IMG/VR virus record: IMGVR_UViG_3300022934_003742
Coordinates: 1 to 33,625 of that record
Length of the DNA: 33,625 nt
Direction: 5' to 3' (one strand)
From: a virus
Taxonomy: Duplodnaviria; Caudoviricetes
Positions 25,117-33,625 of the stretch are shown here, piece after piece (positions within the stretch are counted from its first letter, which is position 1; every line of letters starts with the position of its first letter). The notes beneath the pieces were generated by a model. That model was not told the DNA's origin, did no database searches, and worked only from the letters and a program-made list of their open reading frames with translations. A program made the position numbers and the translations under genes.

Positions 25117-26363
25117 TTAATTCATTTAAGAATTACCTAGTAGAAGAGGAAAAAACCGTATACTTTACGTTCGGTCGAATGAATCCTCCTACGGTTGGTC
25201 ATGAAAAGCTTCTTGATACTTTAGCAAGAAAAGCTGGTAAAAACCCGTATCGTATATTTTTATCACAGACACAAGATAAAAAGAAGAACCCACTTGGTTA
25301 TGCAGAAAAAGTTAAGTACGCTCGTAAGATGTTTCCAAAGCATGCTCGTTCGATTATGCTTGATAAGAAAGTAAAAAACGTATTTCATATTTTGCAAAAA
25401 TTATATAATGAAGGTTATAAGAATGTGGTTATGGTAGTTGGTCAAGATCGACTACGTGAATTTGATATCCTGTTGAACAAATACAATGGTAAAAAAGGGC
25501 CACACGGAATTTATAACTTTTCTCGTGTTGATACTGTGTCTGCTGGTAGTCGTGATCCAGATAGTGAAGGCGTTGAAGGTATGAGCGCATCCAAGATGAG
25601 ATCTGCTGCAGCCGATAAAGATTTTACATCTTTTGCTCAAGGTTTACCAAAGGCAGTTTCCAATCCTGATGCAAAAGCATTATACAATAAAATACGTTCT
25701 GCAATGGGATTAAAAGAACAGAAAGAATTTAAAAACCATATTCAGTTAGAACCAGTTTCTGATTTAAGAGAAAATTATGTACAAGGTAACTTATTCATGC
25801 CTGGTGATACAGTTGTCGTAAAAGAAACAGGACAACTCGGAAGAGTAAAACATCTTGGTTCGAATTATGTTATTATTGAAAGTACTGGAACCGAATATCG
25901 TAAGTGGATTGATTCTGTTGAAAGATTAGATGAAGGTTCTGAATATACTACAGAATCATTACAATTACAAGAAAAGATTGAGGTAGGACAAGATAAAGAT
26001 ATCGATCATTTACCTGGTTCACAACCTGCTACATTCCAAAAAGGTATTAAAAAGAAATCTACTAAGGCAGCAAGACATCGTCATTTCCAGAGAATGACAA
26101 AAAGATCTGATGACGATCCAACAGCTTATAAAGATGCACCAGGTGATAAAGCTGCAAGAAAGAAGGGAACTAAGCCTTCACAATATACAATTAAGTTTAA
26201 GCAAATGTATGGTGAAGCATCAATCGAATTAACAAAGCAAAGAATTGCTCGTGAAAAAGAAGTTGAAAGAAAGAAAGATGCTGCAGATAAAAAGCGTCAT
26301 GATTCAATGATGGATAGAGCAAGAATGAGACACACTAGAATGAGGAACAGGACAACCACATGA
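25113..26363 (+). CDS. Cytidylyltransferase-like (HxGH-type) nucleotidyltransferase with C-terminal extensions
   Basis: FTFGRMNPPTVGHEKL, KNPL, MVVGQDR, MSASKMR. Confidence 0.8.
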   Translation: MINSFKNYLVEEEKTVYFTFGRMNPPTVGHEKLLDTLARKAGKNPYRIFLSQTQDKKKNPLGYAEKVKYARKMFPKHARSIMLDKKVKNVFHILQKLYNEGYKNVVMVVGQDRLREFDILLNKYNGKKGPHGIYNFSRVDTVSAGSRDPDSEGVEGMSASKMRSAAADKDFTSFAQGLPKAVSNPDAKALYNKIRSAMGLKEQKEFKNHIQLEPVSDLRENYVQGNLFMPGDTVVVKETGQLGRVKHLGSNYVIIESTGTEYRKWIDSVERLDEGSEYTTESLQLQEKIEVGQDKDIDHLPGSQPATFQKGIKKKSTKAARHRHFQRMTKRSDDDPTAYKDAPGDKAARKKGTKPSQYTIKFKQMYGEASIELTKQRIAREKEVERKKDAADKKRHDSMMDRARMRHTRMRNRTTT

Positions 26364-27226
26364 TTAGATTTAGCAAATTTATAGCAGAAGGAGCAGATGC
26401 TACATTAGCTGATAAAGCTAAAAAGAGTGGTTTCTCCTTAGGCATTCTGAAACAAGTTTATAAAAGAGGTATGGCTGCTTGGAAGGTAGGACATAAGCCC
26501 GGTACCACTCCACAACAATGGGGCATGGCACGGGTAAACAGTTTTATTACTGGCGGTCGTACAAGAGTCAAAGGCGATCCAGATCTTTGGGCAAAACAAA
26601 AGGGCAAGATTAAAAAGCCGAAAAAAGAAGATGTAAATGAAGGTGCTGCTGATCAGAAGCATAATATCGCAAGAGATGCTCTTCAAATGATGGCAAGTAA
26701 GCATGAAAGAGAACATGAAAAATCAGATCATCTAGGACACGACGACGCACTCAAAGCTATTGATCATGCTGGATCAAAATTAAATAAACACGGTGCAGAT
26801 CACCCTGAGTTTAAATCAGCAATGAATAAGGCTAAAGATGCTTCTAAAAAAGCTATGAAAATGAATAATGAATCTGTTGCAGAAGAAGCTGAAAAGCATG
26901 TATATCGTTTTGCAACTAAGACAAAACAAGGAAACATTCATCATTCCTCTAAAGATGATGATGCCGCTAAAAAGGCTATTGAAAAAAGAACCGGTGAAAA
27001 AGTACAAAGCATGACTTATAAAGGTCTCAAGGCCCGGATGAGACGTGAAGATTCTGATGCAGTCAAAGCTTTCCTTGCAAAAGGTGGTAAGATTAAGAAA
27101 CTACCACCAGGTAAAGCTGCTGGATATCATGGTAAAGATGATCCTGGTAAAGGTATGCATGGTATGATGGATAAGCCAGATACAAAAGGATTTAAAAAGA
27201 ATAAGTTTGTAGGGAGTATGAAGTGA
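26360..27226 (+). CDS. Multi-module basic protein (N-terminal DUF5824-like domain)
   Basis: MIRFSKFIAE; LKQVYKRGMAAW...QQWGMARVNSF. Confidence 0.7.
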   Translation: MIRFSKFIAEGADATLADKAKKSGFSLGILKQVYKRGMAAWKVGHKPGTTPQQWGMARVNSFITGGRTRVKGDPDLWAKQKGKIKKPKKEDVNEGAADQKHNIARDALQMMASKHEREHEKSDHLGHDDALKAIDHAGSKLNKHGADHPEFKSAMNKAKDASKKAMKMNNESVAEEAEKHVYRFATKTKQGNIHHSSKDDDAAKKAIEKRTGEKVQSMTYKGLKARMRREDSDAVKAFLAKGGKIKKLPPGKAAGYHGKDDPGKGMHGMMDKPDTKGFKKNKFVGSMK

Positions 27227-27558
27227 AAACTTACTGGGAACTAACAGAAGAACTAAATGAGGCTGTAAAGCCAAATGACGTCTTAGTTAAAAAGATGAAG
27301 GATAGATACGATCCAAGTCAACAATATGCTACGATCATGTTCGAACCTAGATCTGTACTTCGTTCACTTAAAAAGATAGTTTCTCCTGAAGCCAAGAAAG
27401 CTTTGGCTGGTTCATATATGGACGGCACAGCTGTTGTCAATAGAAAAACTAGTGAAACGATGGCTAGGATGGGACTTAATATGAAATTATCGGGTTTGGC
27501 TAAAGAAGTTGAAAAATGGACTAAAGCCAATGTAAAATCAAAAGGTAAAGGAAGATAA
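27223..27558 (+). CDS. Basic hypothetical protein with CTS-like N-terminus
   Basis: GGGAG RBS, GTGA overlap; MKTYWELTEELNE. Confidence 0.75.
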   Translation: MKTYWELTEELNEAVKPNDVLVKKMKDRYDPSQQYATIMFEPRSVLRSLKKIVSPEAKKALAGSYMDGTAVVNRKTSETMARMGLNMKLSGLAKEVEKWTKANVKSKGKGR

Positions 27559-27559
27559 A

Positions 27560-28240
27560 ATGCCACTTAAAGTATCAGATGGGATTGCAGCGTATATCGA
27601 TGACTTTCAAAAGTCTGATGCCGCGCAGTTCAAAGGTAAAAGTAAAAAAGAAAGACGCGATATGGCAATTGCAGCCTATCTGACAGCAAAACGTGGTGGT
27701 AAACCCCAAGAAGAAAATATTAAATCTGCAGATCGTAAACCAGAAATTTATACTAAGCCCGACGGCAAAAAAGGTGTACGAATGGTACCTGTTGATAAGG
27801 AAGTTGTGAAAGAGGCTAAAGTCAATGAGCTTTCTCCTGCAACAATGAACAGATATAAGAAAGCTGCTGGTAGAGATCAGTATGATGCATCAAGCGAGAT
27901 TGGTAGAATTAGTTCTACATCTGGTCTTGGTAAAAGATACAAGGATAAAGCTATTGGTGATGCTGAAAAAAGAAGAGAAAAAAGAGTTAAAGGCTTAAAT
28001 CTTGCAACTAAAAGATCTGGTACTGCAGGCATGCAGAAAGAAGAAACAAACTTTGCAGTTTCGATCGAAGGTCTTCCTATGATGTTTATGTCTGCTGATT
28101 CCCCTGGTATGTTAAAGCAAACACTCCGTAAGATTGTAAAGCAGCCTTCTATGATTAAAGCTGTGAAGCGTGTTACAGATGCAAAAGTCAAAAAGACCTT
28201 TAGACTGAAAGCTCAAGGTCGGGAAGAAGACGAAGAATGA
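27560..28240 (+). CDS. Multi-module basic hypothetical protein
   Basis: YIDDFQKSDAAQFKGKSK..RRDMAIAAY; VNELSPATMNRYKKAA. Confidence 0.8.
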   Translation: MPLKVSDGIAAYIDDFQKSDAAQFKGKSKKERRDMAIAAYLTAKRGGKPQEENIKSADRKPEIYTKPDGKKGVRMVPVDKEVVKEAKVNELSPATMNRYKKAAGRDQYDASSEIGRISSTSGLGKRYKDKAIGDAEKRREKRVKGLNLATKRSGTAGMQKEETNFAVSIEGLPMMFMSADSPGMLKQTLRKIVKQPSMIKAVKRVTDAKVKKTFRLKAQGREEDEE

Positions 28241-28548
28241 CATATGGCTTAAGAAAAGCAATTGAGGAAGTTTACAAATACGACTACGGTACTCCTGAAG
28301 CAACTAAACATGCTAAGAAGATGACACCTGGTCAAAATGTAAAAGAAGATGATGAAGGTGAATACGATTATGAAGGAGAGATGGCAAAAAATCAATTAAG
28401 AACAATGATTGATGCTGCACAGGAACTTCACGATTCACTAGAAGATAATGAAAATATGCCTGAGTGGGTACAAGGTAAAATAACCAAGGCAACAGATTAT
28501 ATCGATTCTGTTCGGGACTACATGAAGAGTAAATCCAAAGATGATTAG
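28237..28548 (+). CDS. Acidic hypothetical protein
   Basis: EGEMAKNQL...MPEWVQGKITKATDYIDSVRDYM. Confidence 0.8.
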   Translation: MTYGLRKAIEEVYKYDYGTPEATKHAKKMTPGQNVKEDDEGEYDYEGEMAKNQLRTMIDAAQELHDSLEDNENMPEWVQGKITKATDYIDSVRDYMKSKSKDD

Positions 28549-28849
28549 ATTTAAAAACTTTTTAGAAGAAAAAGATCCACGTCTCGCAAAGGCCGGTGTA
28601 AGTGGCTATAATAAAGCAAAACGTACTCCTGGTCACCCAACTAAAAGCCATATTGTAGTTGCGAAAGATGGTGACAAAGTAAAGACAATACGATTTGGCC
28701 AACAAGGTGTAACAACAGCTGGTGCACCGAAAAAAGGCGAATCAGATAAACAGAAATCAAGACGTAAGTCTTTTAAGGCACGTCATGCTAAGAATATTGC
28801 CAAAGGTAAAATGTCTGCTGCTTACTGGGCAGATAAAGAAAAATGGTAA
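28541..28849 (+). CDS. Basic hypothetical protein with CTS-like N-terminus
   Basis: MIRFKNFLEE; KTIRFGQQG...RRKSFKARH...SAAYWA. Confidence 0.8.
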   Translation: MIRFKNFLEEKDPRLAKAGVSGYNKAKRTPGHPTKSHIVVAKDGDKVKTIRFGQQGVTTAGAPKKGESDKQKSRRKSFKARHAKNIAKGKMSAAYWADKEKW

Positions 28850-28860
28850 AGAGGAAATAA

Positions 28861-29304
28861 ATGTACGAATATAAAGCACTTATTAATCGTGTAGTTGACG
28901 GCGATACTGTCGACGTTGATATTGATTTAGGATTTGGTGTATGGCTTCATGATGAACGAGTTAGAATCATGGGTATAGATACTCCTGAATCAAGAACACG
29001 GGATTTAGTGGAGAAAGCATTTGGACTCGCATCAAAAGCAAGACTCAAAGAACTCATACCTGAGGGAACAGTACAAACTCTTAAAACAGAGGTCGATAAA
29101 GACGGAGAAGACGCCAAAGGTAAATTCGGAAGAATATTGGGCGACTTCCTTTCAGAAGGAGGACGTCGTGTCACTGAAATACTTATTGAGGAAGGGCACG
29201 CTGTAGATTACTACGGTGGAAGTAAAGAAGAAATTCAAGCGCAACACATGAAGAATAGAGAACGATTAATAGCAGAGGGAAAGGTTATCCTAGAGGAGAA
29301 ATAA
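28861..29304 (+). CDS. Thermonuclease (SNase-like) family nuclease
   Basis: RVVDGDT, RVRIMGIDTPE, KFGRILG, LIEEGHA. Confidence 0.88.
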   Translation: MYEYKALINRVVDGDTVDVDIDLGFGVWLHDERVRIMGIDTPESRTRDLVEKAFGLASKARLKELIPEGTVQTLKTEVDKDGEDAKGKFGRILGDFLSEGGRRVTEILIEEGHAVDYYGGSKEEIQAQHMKNRERLIAEGKVILEEK

Positions 29305-30047
29305 TGTTTCAAAAGCTAGCATTTGTTGCTGGCTTTATTATGTGTGCGTCTGTTGCATTGGCCCAAGATACAACCAATGTAAACACTACGTCTGACAGTA
29401 CCAGCAACATCACAACAAATAATACGTCGACAAATACAAATAATAATACAAATACGTCGACGAATACTAACACCAACACAAATACAAACACTAGTACTTC
29501 GACAAGCACGAACACGAATACTAGTACTTCAACTACGACTGAAAATTCTACAATTGATAGTACTACAAATAGTACAAGTAATAATACAAATAATAATACA
29601 AGTAGAAGTACAGTCGATTCTACCCAAACATTGAAGTCGCCACCTGCCTCTGCTATTGCACCATCAATTGGCGCAAGTAGTTCTGACATCTGTACAACTG
29701 GTGTAAGTGGTGCAGTACAAACCCAAATACTTGGTATATCTGGTGGTGCAACTATTCGTGATTTAAACTGTGAAAGATTAAAGATATCCAAGACCCTATA
29801 TGATATGGGTATGAAAGTTGCAGCAGTTTCGGTTATGTGTCAAGATCGTAGAGTTTTTGATGCAATGCAAATGGCAGGAACACCTTGTCCATATTTTGGA
29901 GATATAGGACAAGAAGCCCAAATGGGTTGGGATAACGATCAAGAAAGAGTACCTGAGGAGATTGTAGATGACAGTAATAAAGATGCACCACTTAAGGCAT
30001 TTGCTGCTGGTGGTCTTAGCATTGGTCTTCTTTTCCTCCTACTCTAA
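29304..30047 (+). CDS. Exported/membrane-anchored protein with Thr/Asn/Ser low-complexity stalk and Cys-containing domain
   Basis: Signal peptide ending ALA-Q, (TN/TS)n tract, PPASAIAP...CTTG...NCERLK...MC...PCP, C-terminal hydrophobic tail. Confidence 0.85.
   Translation: MFQKLAFVAGFIMCASVALAQDTTNVNTTSDSTSNITTNNTSTNTNNNTNTSTNTNTNTNTNTSTSTSTNTNTSTSTTTENSTIDSTTNSTSNNTNNNTSRSTVDSTQTLKSPPASAIAPSIGASSSDICTTGVSGAVQTQILGISGGATIRDLNCERLKISKTLYDMGMKVAAVSVMCQDRRVFDAMQMAGTPCPYFGDIGQEAQMGWDNDQERVPEEIVDDSNKDAPLKAFAAGGLSIGLLFLLL
29380..29620 (+). repeat. Degenerate in-frame tandem repeat encoding T/N/S
   Basis: Units such as AATACGTCGAC, ACAAATAATAATACAA, ACTAGTACTTC. Confidence 0.8.
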
Positions 30048-31281
30048 AGCAGATCAAACTGGCAACATACTAAATAACACCTGGTCTGGTAACTATGGTT
30101 TTGGATACTGGGGTGGTACATCTGGTGGCCAAATTCCAAATTTAGGTGGTAGTACATTCTATTGGGGATATGGCGGTGGTGTATTATCAAACACCATTGC
30201 AATTAATAATGCGTTGCAAGAAGAAGGTGTACAAGTTGAAGGATATTCATATGTCTGGAAAATAAAAAATGGTAATGCAAACGAATATACAAATCAACCA
30301 GGAATAGATCCAATGGAAATTACCGTTGAGGTTTATAAGGCAAACGGTGATTTATATCAAACATACGTTTACGATTATGGATATTCACATGACTGGACAG
30401 CTCATAGCGGATCAGAAACATTCCCAGATCAATTTTTAGATCCAGCATTTTTTGGTAATATTACAGTAAAAGCAGAAGGGGATGATTCCGGATATTGGGC
30501 TGGCTGGTATGGGCCTGAATTTAATACTGCCCAGTCTAGTTTAACACTAACTTATTCGTCTAATCCATGCTATGGTAATCCTTTATATGATCCAGCTTGT
30601 GATGGATATGCAGAAGCAGTAGCACAATCAATATTAGAACAACAGGCTGCAGAACTTGCAGCTGTACCTGAACCAGAAATACAGGAGGTTTTTTATGAGG
30701 AACCGATCCAGAACAATACGAGCCAAAGCACTTTTGAAGAACCAATCCCGGTTTATCAGGCAGAAGCCAGCGGAGAACGATCAGATAGTACCAAAGAAAA
30801 AGTGGATGCGATTGGGATCGCCATCAACGCCGCGGCAAATGATGTTTCGTTCGTTTTAAATAATATAATAGGAGAATCAAATGGTTTGGAAATTAATCAA
30901 ACTCAAAGTTCTTTGGGGATGGGAAATGCTCAAACTCAAAGTCAAAGCAGTTCTTCTTCTAATCAAAATGATTCTGAAGAGAGACAAACCCAAGGACAAA
31001 AGTTAAAAGAAGCTGCAAAACAGAAAGCAGCTGGTTTACAGGAACAGATAGTTGAATCTGAAGAAATGGATGAGCAACAAGCAGCTCAAGCCGAAATGCT
31101 AGCTATGATGAATTATGTACCAGGATTTGATTCATATAAGGTTGCACTTGCAGGTGGTACATATCCTGATGTTCCTTTCTATCCGCCAAGTAATGTACCA
31201 GATTCTCGATCTGGTGTAAGGAATAACTTGGCCCAACAATTGCTACACCAAGAAATGGTGGATATGCAATATAGGAGGTAA
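29968..31281 (+). CDS. Exported hypothetical protein (aromatic/Gly-rich N-domain, Q/E-rich C-domain)
   Basis: Signal peptide ending SKA-D; YWAGWYGPE; CYGNPLYDPACDGY; true start probably slightly downstream. Confidence 0.8.
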   Translation: MTVIKMHHLRHLLLVVLALVFFSSYSKADQTGNILNNTWSGNYGFGYWGGTSGGQIPNLGGSTFYWGYGGGVLSNTIAINNALQEEGVQVEGYSYVWKIKNGNANEYTNQPGIDPMEITVEVYKANGDLYQTYVYDYGYSHDWTAHSGSETFPDQFLDPAFFGNITVKAEGDDSGYWAGWYGPEFNTAQSSLTLTYSSNPCYGNPLYDPACDGYAEAVAQSILEQQAAELAAVPEPEIQEVFYEEPIQNNTSQSTFEEPIPVYQAEASGERSDSTKEKVDAIGIAINAAANDVSFVLNNIIGESNGLEINQTQSSLGMGNAQTQSQSSSSSNQNDSEERQTQGQKLKEAAKQKAAGLQEQIVESEEMDEQQAAQAEMLAMMNYVPGFDSYKVALAGGTYPDVPFYPPSNVPDSRSGVRNNLAQQLLHQEMVDMQYRR

Positions 31282-31283
31282 AA

Positions 31284-31466
31284 ATGAGAAGGGGAAAAGG
31301 AAAAGATACAGAGTCATATATTGAAATCCGTATTAGCCAACTGAAAGAAGATATGGAAAAGGCTCATGATCAATACGACAGAAGATGGTATAATAGACTG
31401 ATACAAGAATTGAAATGGGCATCTTCTCAAAAGCATAATTGCTATATGGAGAAAGAAAGTGCCTGA
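31284..31466 (+). CDS. Small hypothetical protein
   Basis: AGGAGGT RBS; WYNRLIQELKW. Confidence 0.75.
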   Translation: MRRGKGKDTESYIEIRISQLKEDMEKAHDQYDRRWYNRLIQELKWASSQKHNCYMEKESA

Positions 31467-32133
31467 TAAGAATCTTGGAGAAGAACTCGAAAACATGGAA
31501 GAGAATATAGAAAACTTGAAAAGTAAAGAGTTTCGTGTTCTTGGTATTAAAGTTTCATTTATGTCAGTCAGTGCATTACTTGCTGTCGTTGGTTCTATTG
31601 TTGGTGCACTCTATGGCGGTTTCCTTATGTACCAAAAGGTAGAGGAAGTTGCTGGACTCGATATTGGTGCATTCGAACAACGTATGGAAATAATTGAAAC
31701 CAAATTAGAAGAAGCAGTTGACTATACAAGAGACATTAAATCGGACTTACGTGATGATGTAATGAAGATTGAACAACAAGGCGATCGTAATGAAGATATA
31801 GTAAAAGATACTGAGGATAATTTAAATTCTCGTATGCGTCAACTTGAAAAAGATATATTTGATATGATTGAAATTGCTGAAGGTAGATTTGAAACAAAGA
31901 GAGATGCACTCCAAGAAGATTATGACCAGAAGTCATCGTCTTTGTTAGCAGATTATGAAACACGTGCAGACAAACTAAACGATAATTACGATGAAAAAGC
32001 TGAAAGATTGAATAAGAATATAAATGACGATCTTGAAAAACTTGAAACAGATCTGAAGCAAGCAATGAAAGATCTGGAAGAAAGATTAGAAAATCGTGTA
32101 CAAAAGGCACTTGACAATCCGCTAGCGAATTAA
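31459..32133 (+). CDS. Membrane-anchored coiled-coil protein
   Basis: TM segment followed by long heptad pattern; ends ALDNPLAN. Confidence 0.8.
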   Translation: MPDKNLGEELENMEENIENLKSKEFRVLGIKVSFMSVSALLAVVGSIVGALYGGFLMYQKVEEVAGLDIGAFEQRMEIIETKLEEAVDYTRDIKSDLRDDVMKIEQQGDRNEDIVKDTEDNLNSRMRQLEKDIFDMIEIAEGRFETKRDALQEDYDQKSSSLLADYETRADKLNDNYDEKAERLNKNINDDLEKLETDLKQAMKDLEERLENRVQKALDNPLAN

Positions 32134-32138
32134 TTTAT

Positions 32139-32146
32139 TATAAATA
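32139..32146 (+). promoter_or_regulatory. T4-type late promoter
   Basis: Intergenic TATAAATA 30 nt upstream of ATG 32177. Confidence 0.75.
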
Positions 32147-32176
32147 GTTCTATATTTTATTTTAATGGGATAACTG

Positions 32177-32455
32177 ATGGCAGAGACAACAAATACACGT
32201 CTAGACCGAATAGAAGAGAAGCTAGATAGATTAGCTGACGCTATGATTTCTCTAGCACGTGCTGAAGAGAAGATAGAAGCAATGTCAGACGAACATCAGA
32301 AACAATACGATCGTATTAATAAACTATCCGTTAAAATAGATGAAATAGAAAAAGTAGTTCTTGATAATCAAAGAACTGTACAGTTTATGCACAAACTATT
32401 TTGGGTGGTTGTTGTAGCGGCCGCCGGAGCTATAACAACTAACATATGGATGTAA
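32177..32455 (+). CDS. Coiled-coil protein with C-terminal TM helix
   Basis: RLDRIEEKLDRL...ARAEEKI...FWVVVVAAAG. Confidence 0.8.
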   Translation: MAETTNTRLDRIEEKLDRLADAMISLARAEEKIEAMSDEHQKQYDRINKLSVKIDEIEKVVLDNQRTVQFMHKLFWVVVVAAAGAITTNIWM

Positions 32456-32456
32456 A

Positions 32457-33563
32457 ATGACACAAGTAAAAGAAATTTCAAAAGGACTAGCTGGTCGTTA
32501 CCTTAAAAAAGTTCCAGCTTCAGCTGCTGATGCTGGTAGAAAATCTGCCGGTACTACAGGCTTCGGATCAAACGATCAAAAGAAAAATGTAGAAAAAGGA
32601 ATTAAAAAATTTGTTAATCGAAACAGGGGTACAGACATGGCAGTCAATAAAATGACAGGTAAAGCAAAAGTCGCGGCAACGGAATCATTTGTAATTCCGG
32701 AAGACATTCCGGTAGGTGAACGTAACGCATTTATGGGAGCGGCAGCAGCTGCACATAAAGCCGGTAAATCACATTTTAGTTTTGCTGGAAAGAAACATCC
32801 AGTTACTATGAAAAAGGATACAGCAAAAGCTGTGAACAGCAGTACAACAGAAGAAACAGAAGTAAATGAGTTAAAGACATCAACTTATAAAAGCTATATG
32901 AAAAAGTCTGAGAAAGACGATGAGAAAGCTTTTCAAAAAGGTGATTATAATCGTAGCGTAAAACGTGGCGTTGGTCAAGCAATGGCCGCTGATGCTTTAA
33001 AGCGTAAAGCTGCCAAAAAAGAAGGAACTGACGAGGCAAAACGTACAGTCCATTCTGATAAAGAAGATCGACTAGTAACAATGAAAATTAAAAATCCAAA
33101 GAAAAAATCCGGTGAAACAGCTACAATGAATCCCAAAATGGCAACCGCAAGTAAAGAAAAGGGTGCTGAGATGGAACAAAAAGAATCTCTTACAATTCGC
33201 GATAAACTTTTAATGGTACTTGAAGGTGATCGTTCAAAACATTACAAAGGTGCTGCTGAAGCAGAGCCAATGGATAACAATCTCAAAGGTGCTGGTGCCA
33301 AGAAGATGAAGGCAGATATTCAAGGTAATGCTGCTGATCCAGATCTTGAAAAGAAATCGCATGATGATGCAGCAAAAGCAGGTCGTGCTGGGCCAAGCGG
33401 TAAAGCCAGACCAAACGATAAAAAAGATGGCGATAAGAAAGTCATTAACCCGCCTGAAGACGCAACTAAAAAGGGTCAAGGTTCAGCTGAAGTAAAAATT
33501 GAATCAAGAGATCAACTGGCTGGTATTAAAGCAGCTTACGCGGAGATGCAGAATGGCAATTAA
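32457..33563 (+). CDS. Lys/Ala-rich multi-module late protein, probable head internal/core protein
   Basis: VKEISKGLAGRYLKK, VNELKTSTYKSYMKK, AHKAGKSHFSFAGKKHPV. Confidence 0.7.
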   Translation: MTQVKEISKGLAGRYLKKVPASAADAGRKSAGTTGFGSNDQKKNVEKGIKKFVNRNRGTDMAVNKMTGKAKVAATESFVIPEDIPVGERNAFMGAAAAAHKAGKSHFSFAGKKHPVTMKKDTAKAVNSSTTEETEVNELKTSTYKSYMKKSEKDDEKAFQKGDYNRSVKRGVGQAMAADALKRKAAKKEGTDEAKRTVHSDKEDRLVTMKIKNPKKKSGETATMNPKMATASKEKGAEMEQKESLTIRDKLLMVLEGDRSKHYKGAAEAEPMDNNLKGAGAKKMKADIQGNAADPDLEKKSHDDAAKAGRAGPSGKARPNDKKDGDKKVINPPEDATKKGQGSAEVKIESRDQLAGIKAAYAEMQNGN

Positions 33564-33625
33564 ACCTCCCTCATGGTGTAAAGATGCAATCCCAACTTCA
33601 AAAGGTTGGGTACACCCAAGAACAG
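33553..33625 (+). CDS. Hypothetical protein, 3' truncated by the window
   Basis: GGAG RBS; MAIKPPSWCKDAIPTSKGWVHPRT... Confidence 0.65.
   Translation, partial: MAIKPPSWCKDAIPTSKGWVHPRT

Noticed and set aside
29380-29620. CRISPR-like or non-coding repeat array
   Set aside because: Repeats are short, degenerate, in frame and lack unique spacers; the antisense Val/Leu ORF 29309..29791 is a shadow of the T/N codons
1-33625. Cyanophage assignment
   Set aside because: No photosynthesis or other cyanobacterial marker in the window; the tmRNA T-loop and tag are of alphaproteobacterial type

Overview
Segment of a large T4-like myovirus genome, most likely a marine phage of Alphaproteobacteria. Host inference rests on a permuted two-piece tmRNA with a GGCAGUA T-loop and ANDNF- tag, plus a BMP-family binding protein. 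Layout: (1) 1-7.4 kb nucleotide metabolism and replication (Asn-synthase-like C-terminus, dCMP deaminase, UDG-like, epimerase, UvsX, gp40, APS-kinase-like, HxGH nucleotidyltransferase, gp41 helicase, ThyX, BMP protein). (2) 7.5-11.6 kb small early, membrane and secreted genes, a SleB-like hydrolase and the tmRNA gene. (3) 11.6-18.3 kb AT-rich enzyme island (radical SAM, kinase-like, five Fe(II)/2OG oxygenase domains, sulfotransferase-like, methyltransferase). (4) 18.5-21.1 kb early genes including a DUF932-like protein and a half-size Na+/Pi cotransporter. (5) 21.2-33.6 kb late genes, many with N-termini resembling the T4 capsid-targeting sequence. The strongest novelty candidate is the tmRNA locus: its ~150-nt intervening segment is closed by a 19-bp stem and carries a basic 58-aa ORF, absent from the ORF track, that would become a nonstop mRNA once the tmRNA is processed. 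A second, degenerate tag reading frame lies 1.6 kb downstream at the island edge. All family assignments come from motif recognition by eye; no database searches were run.
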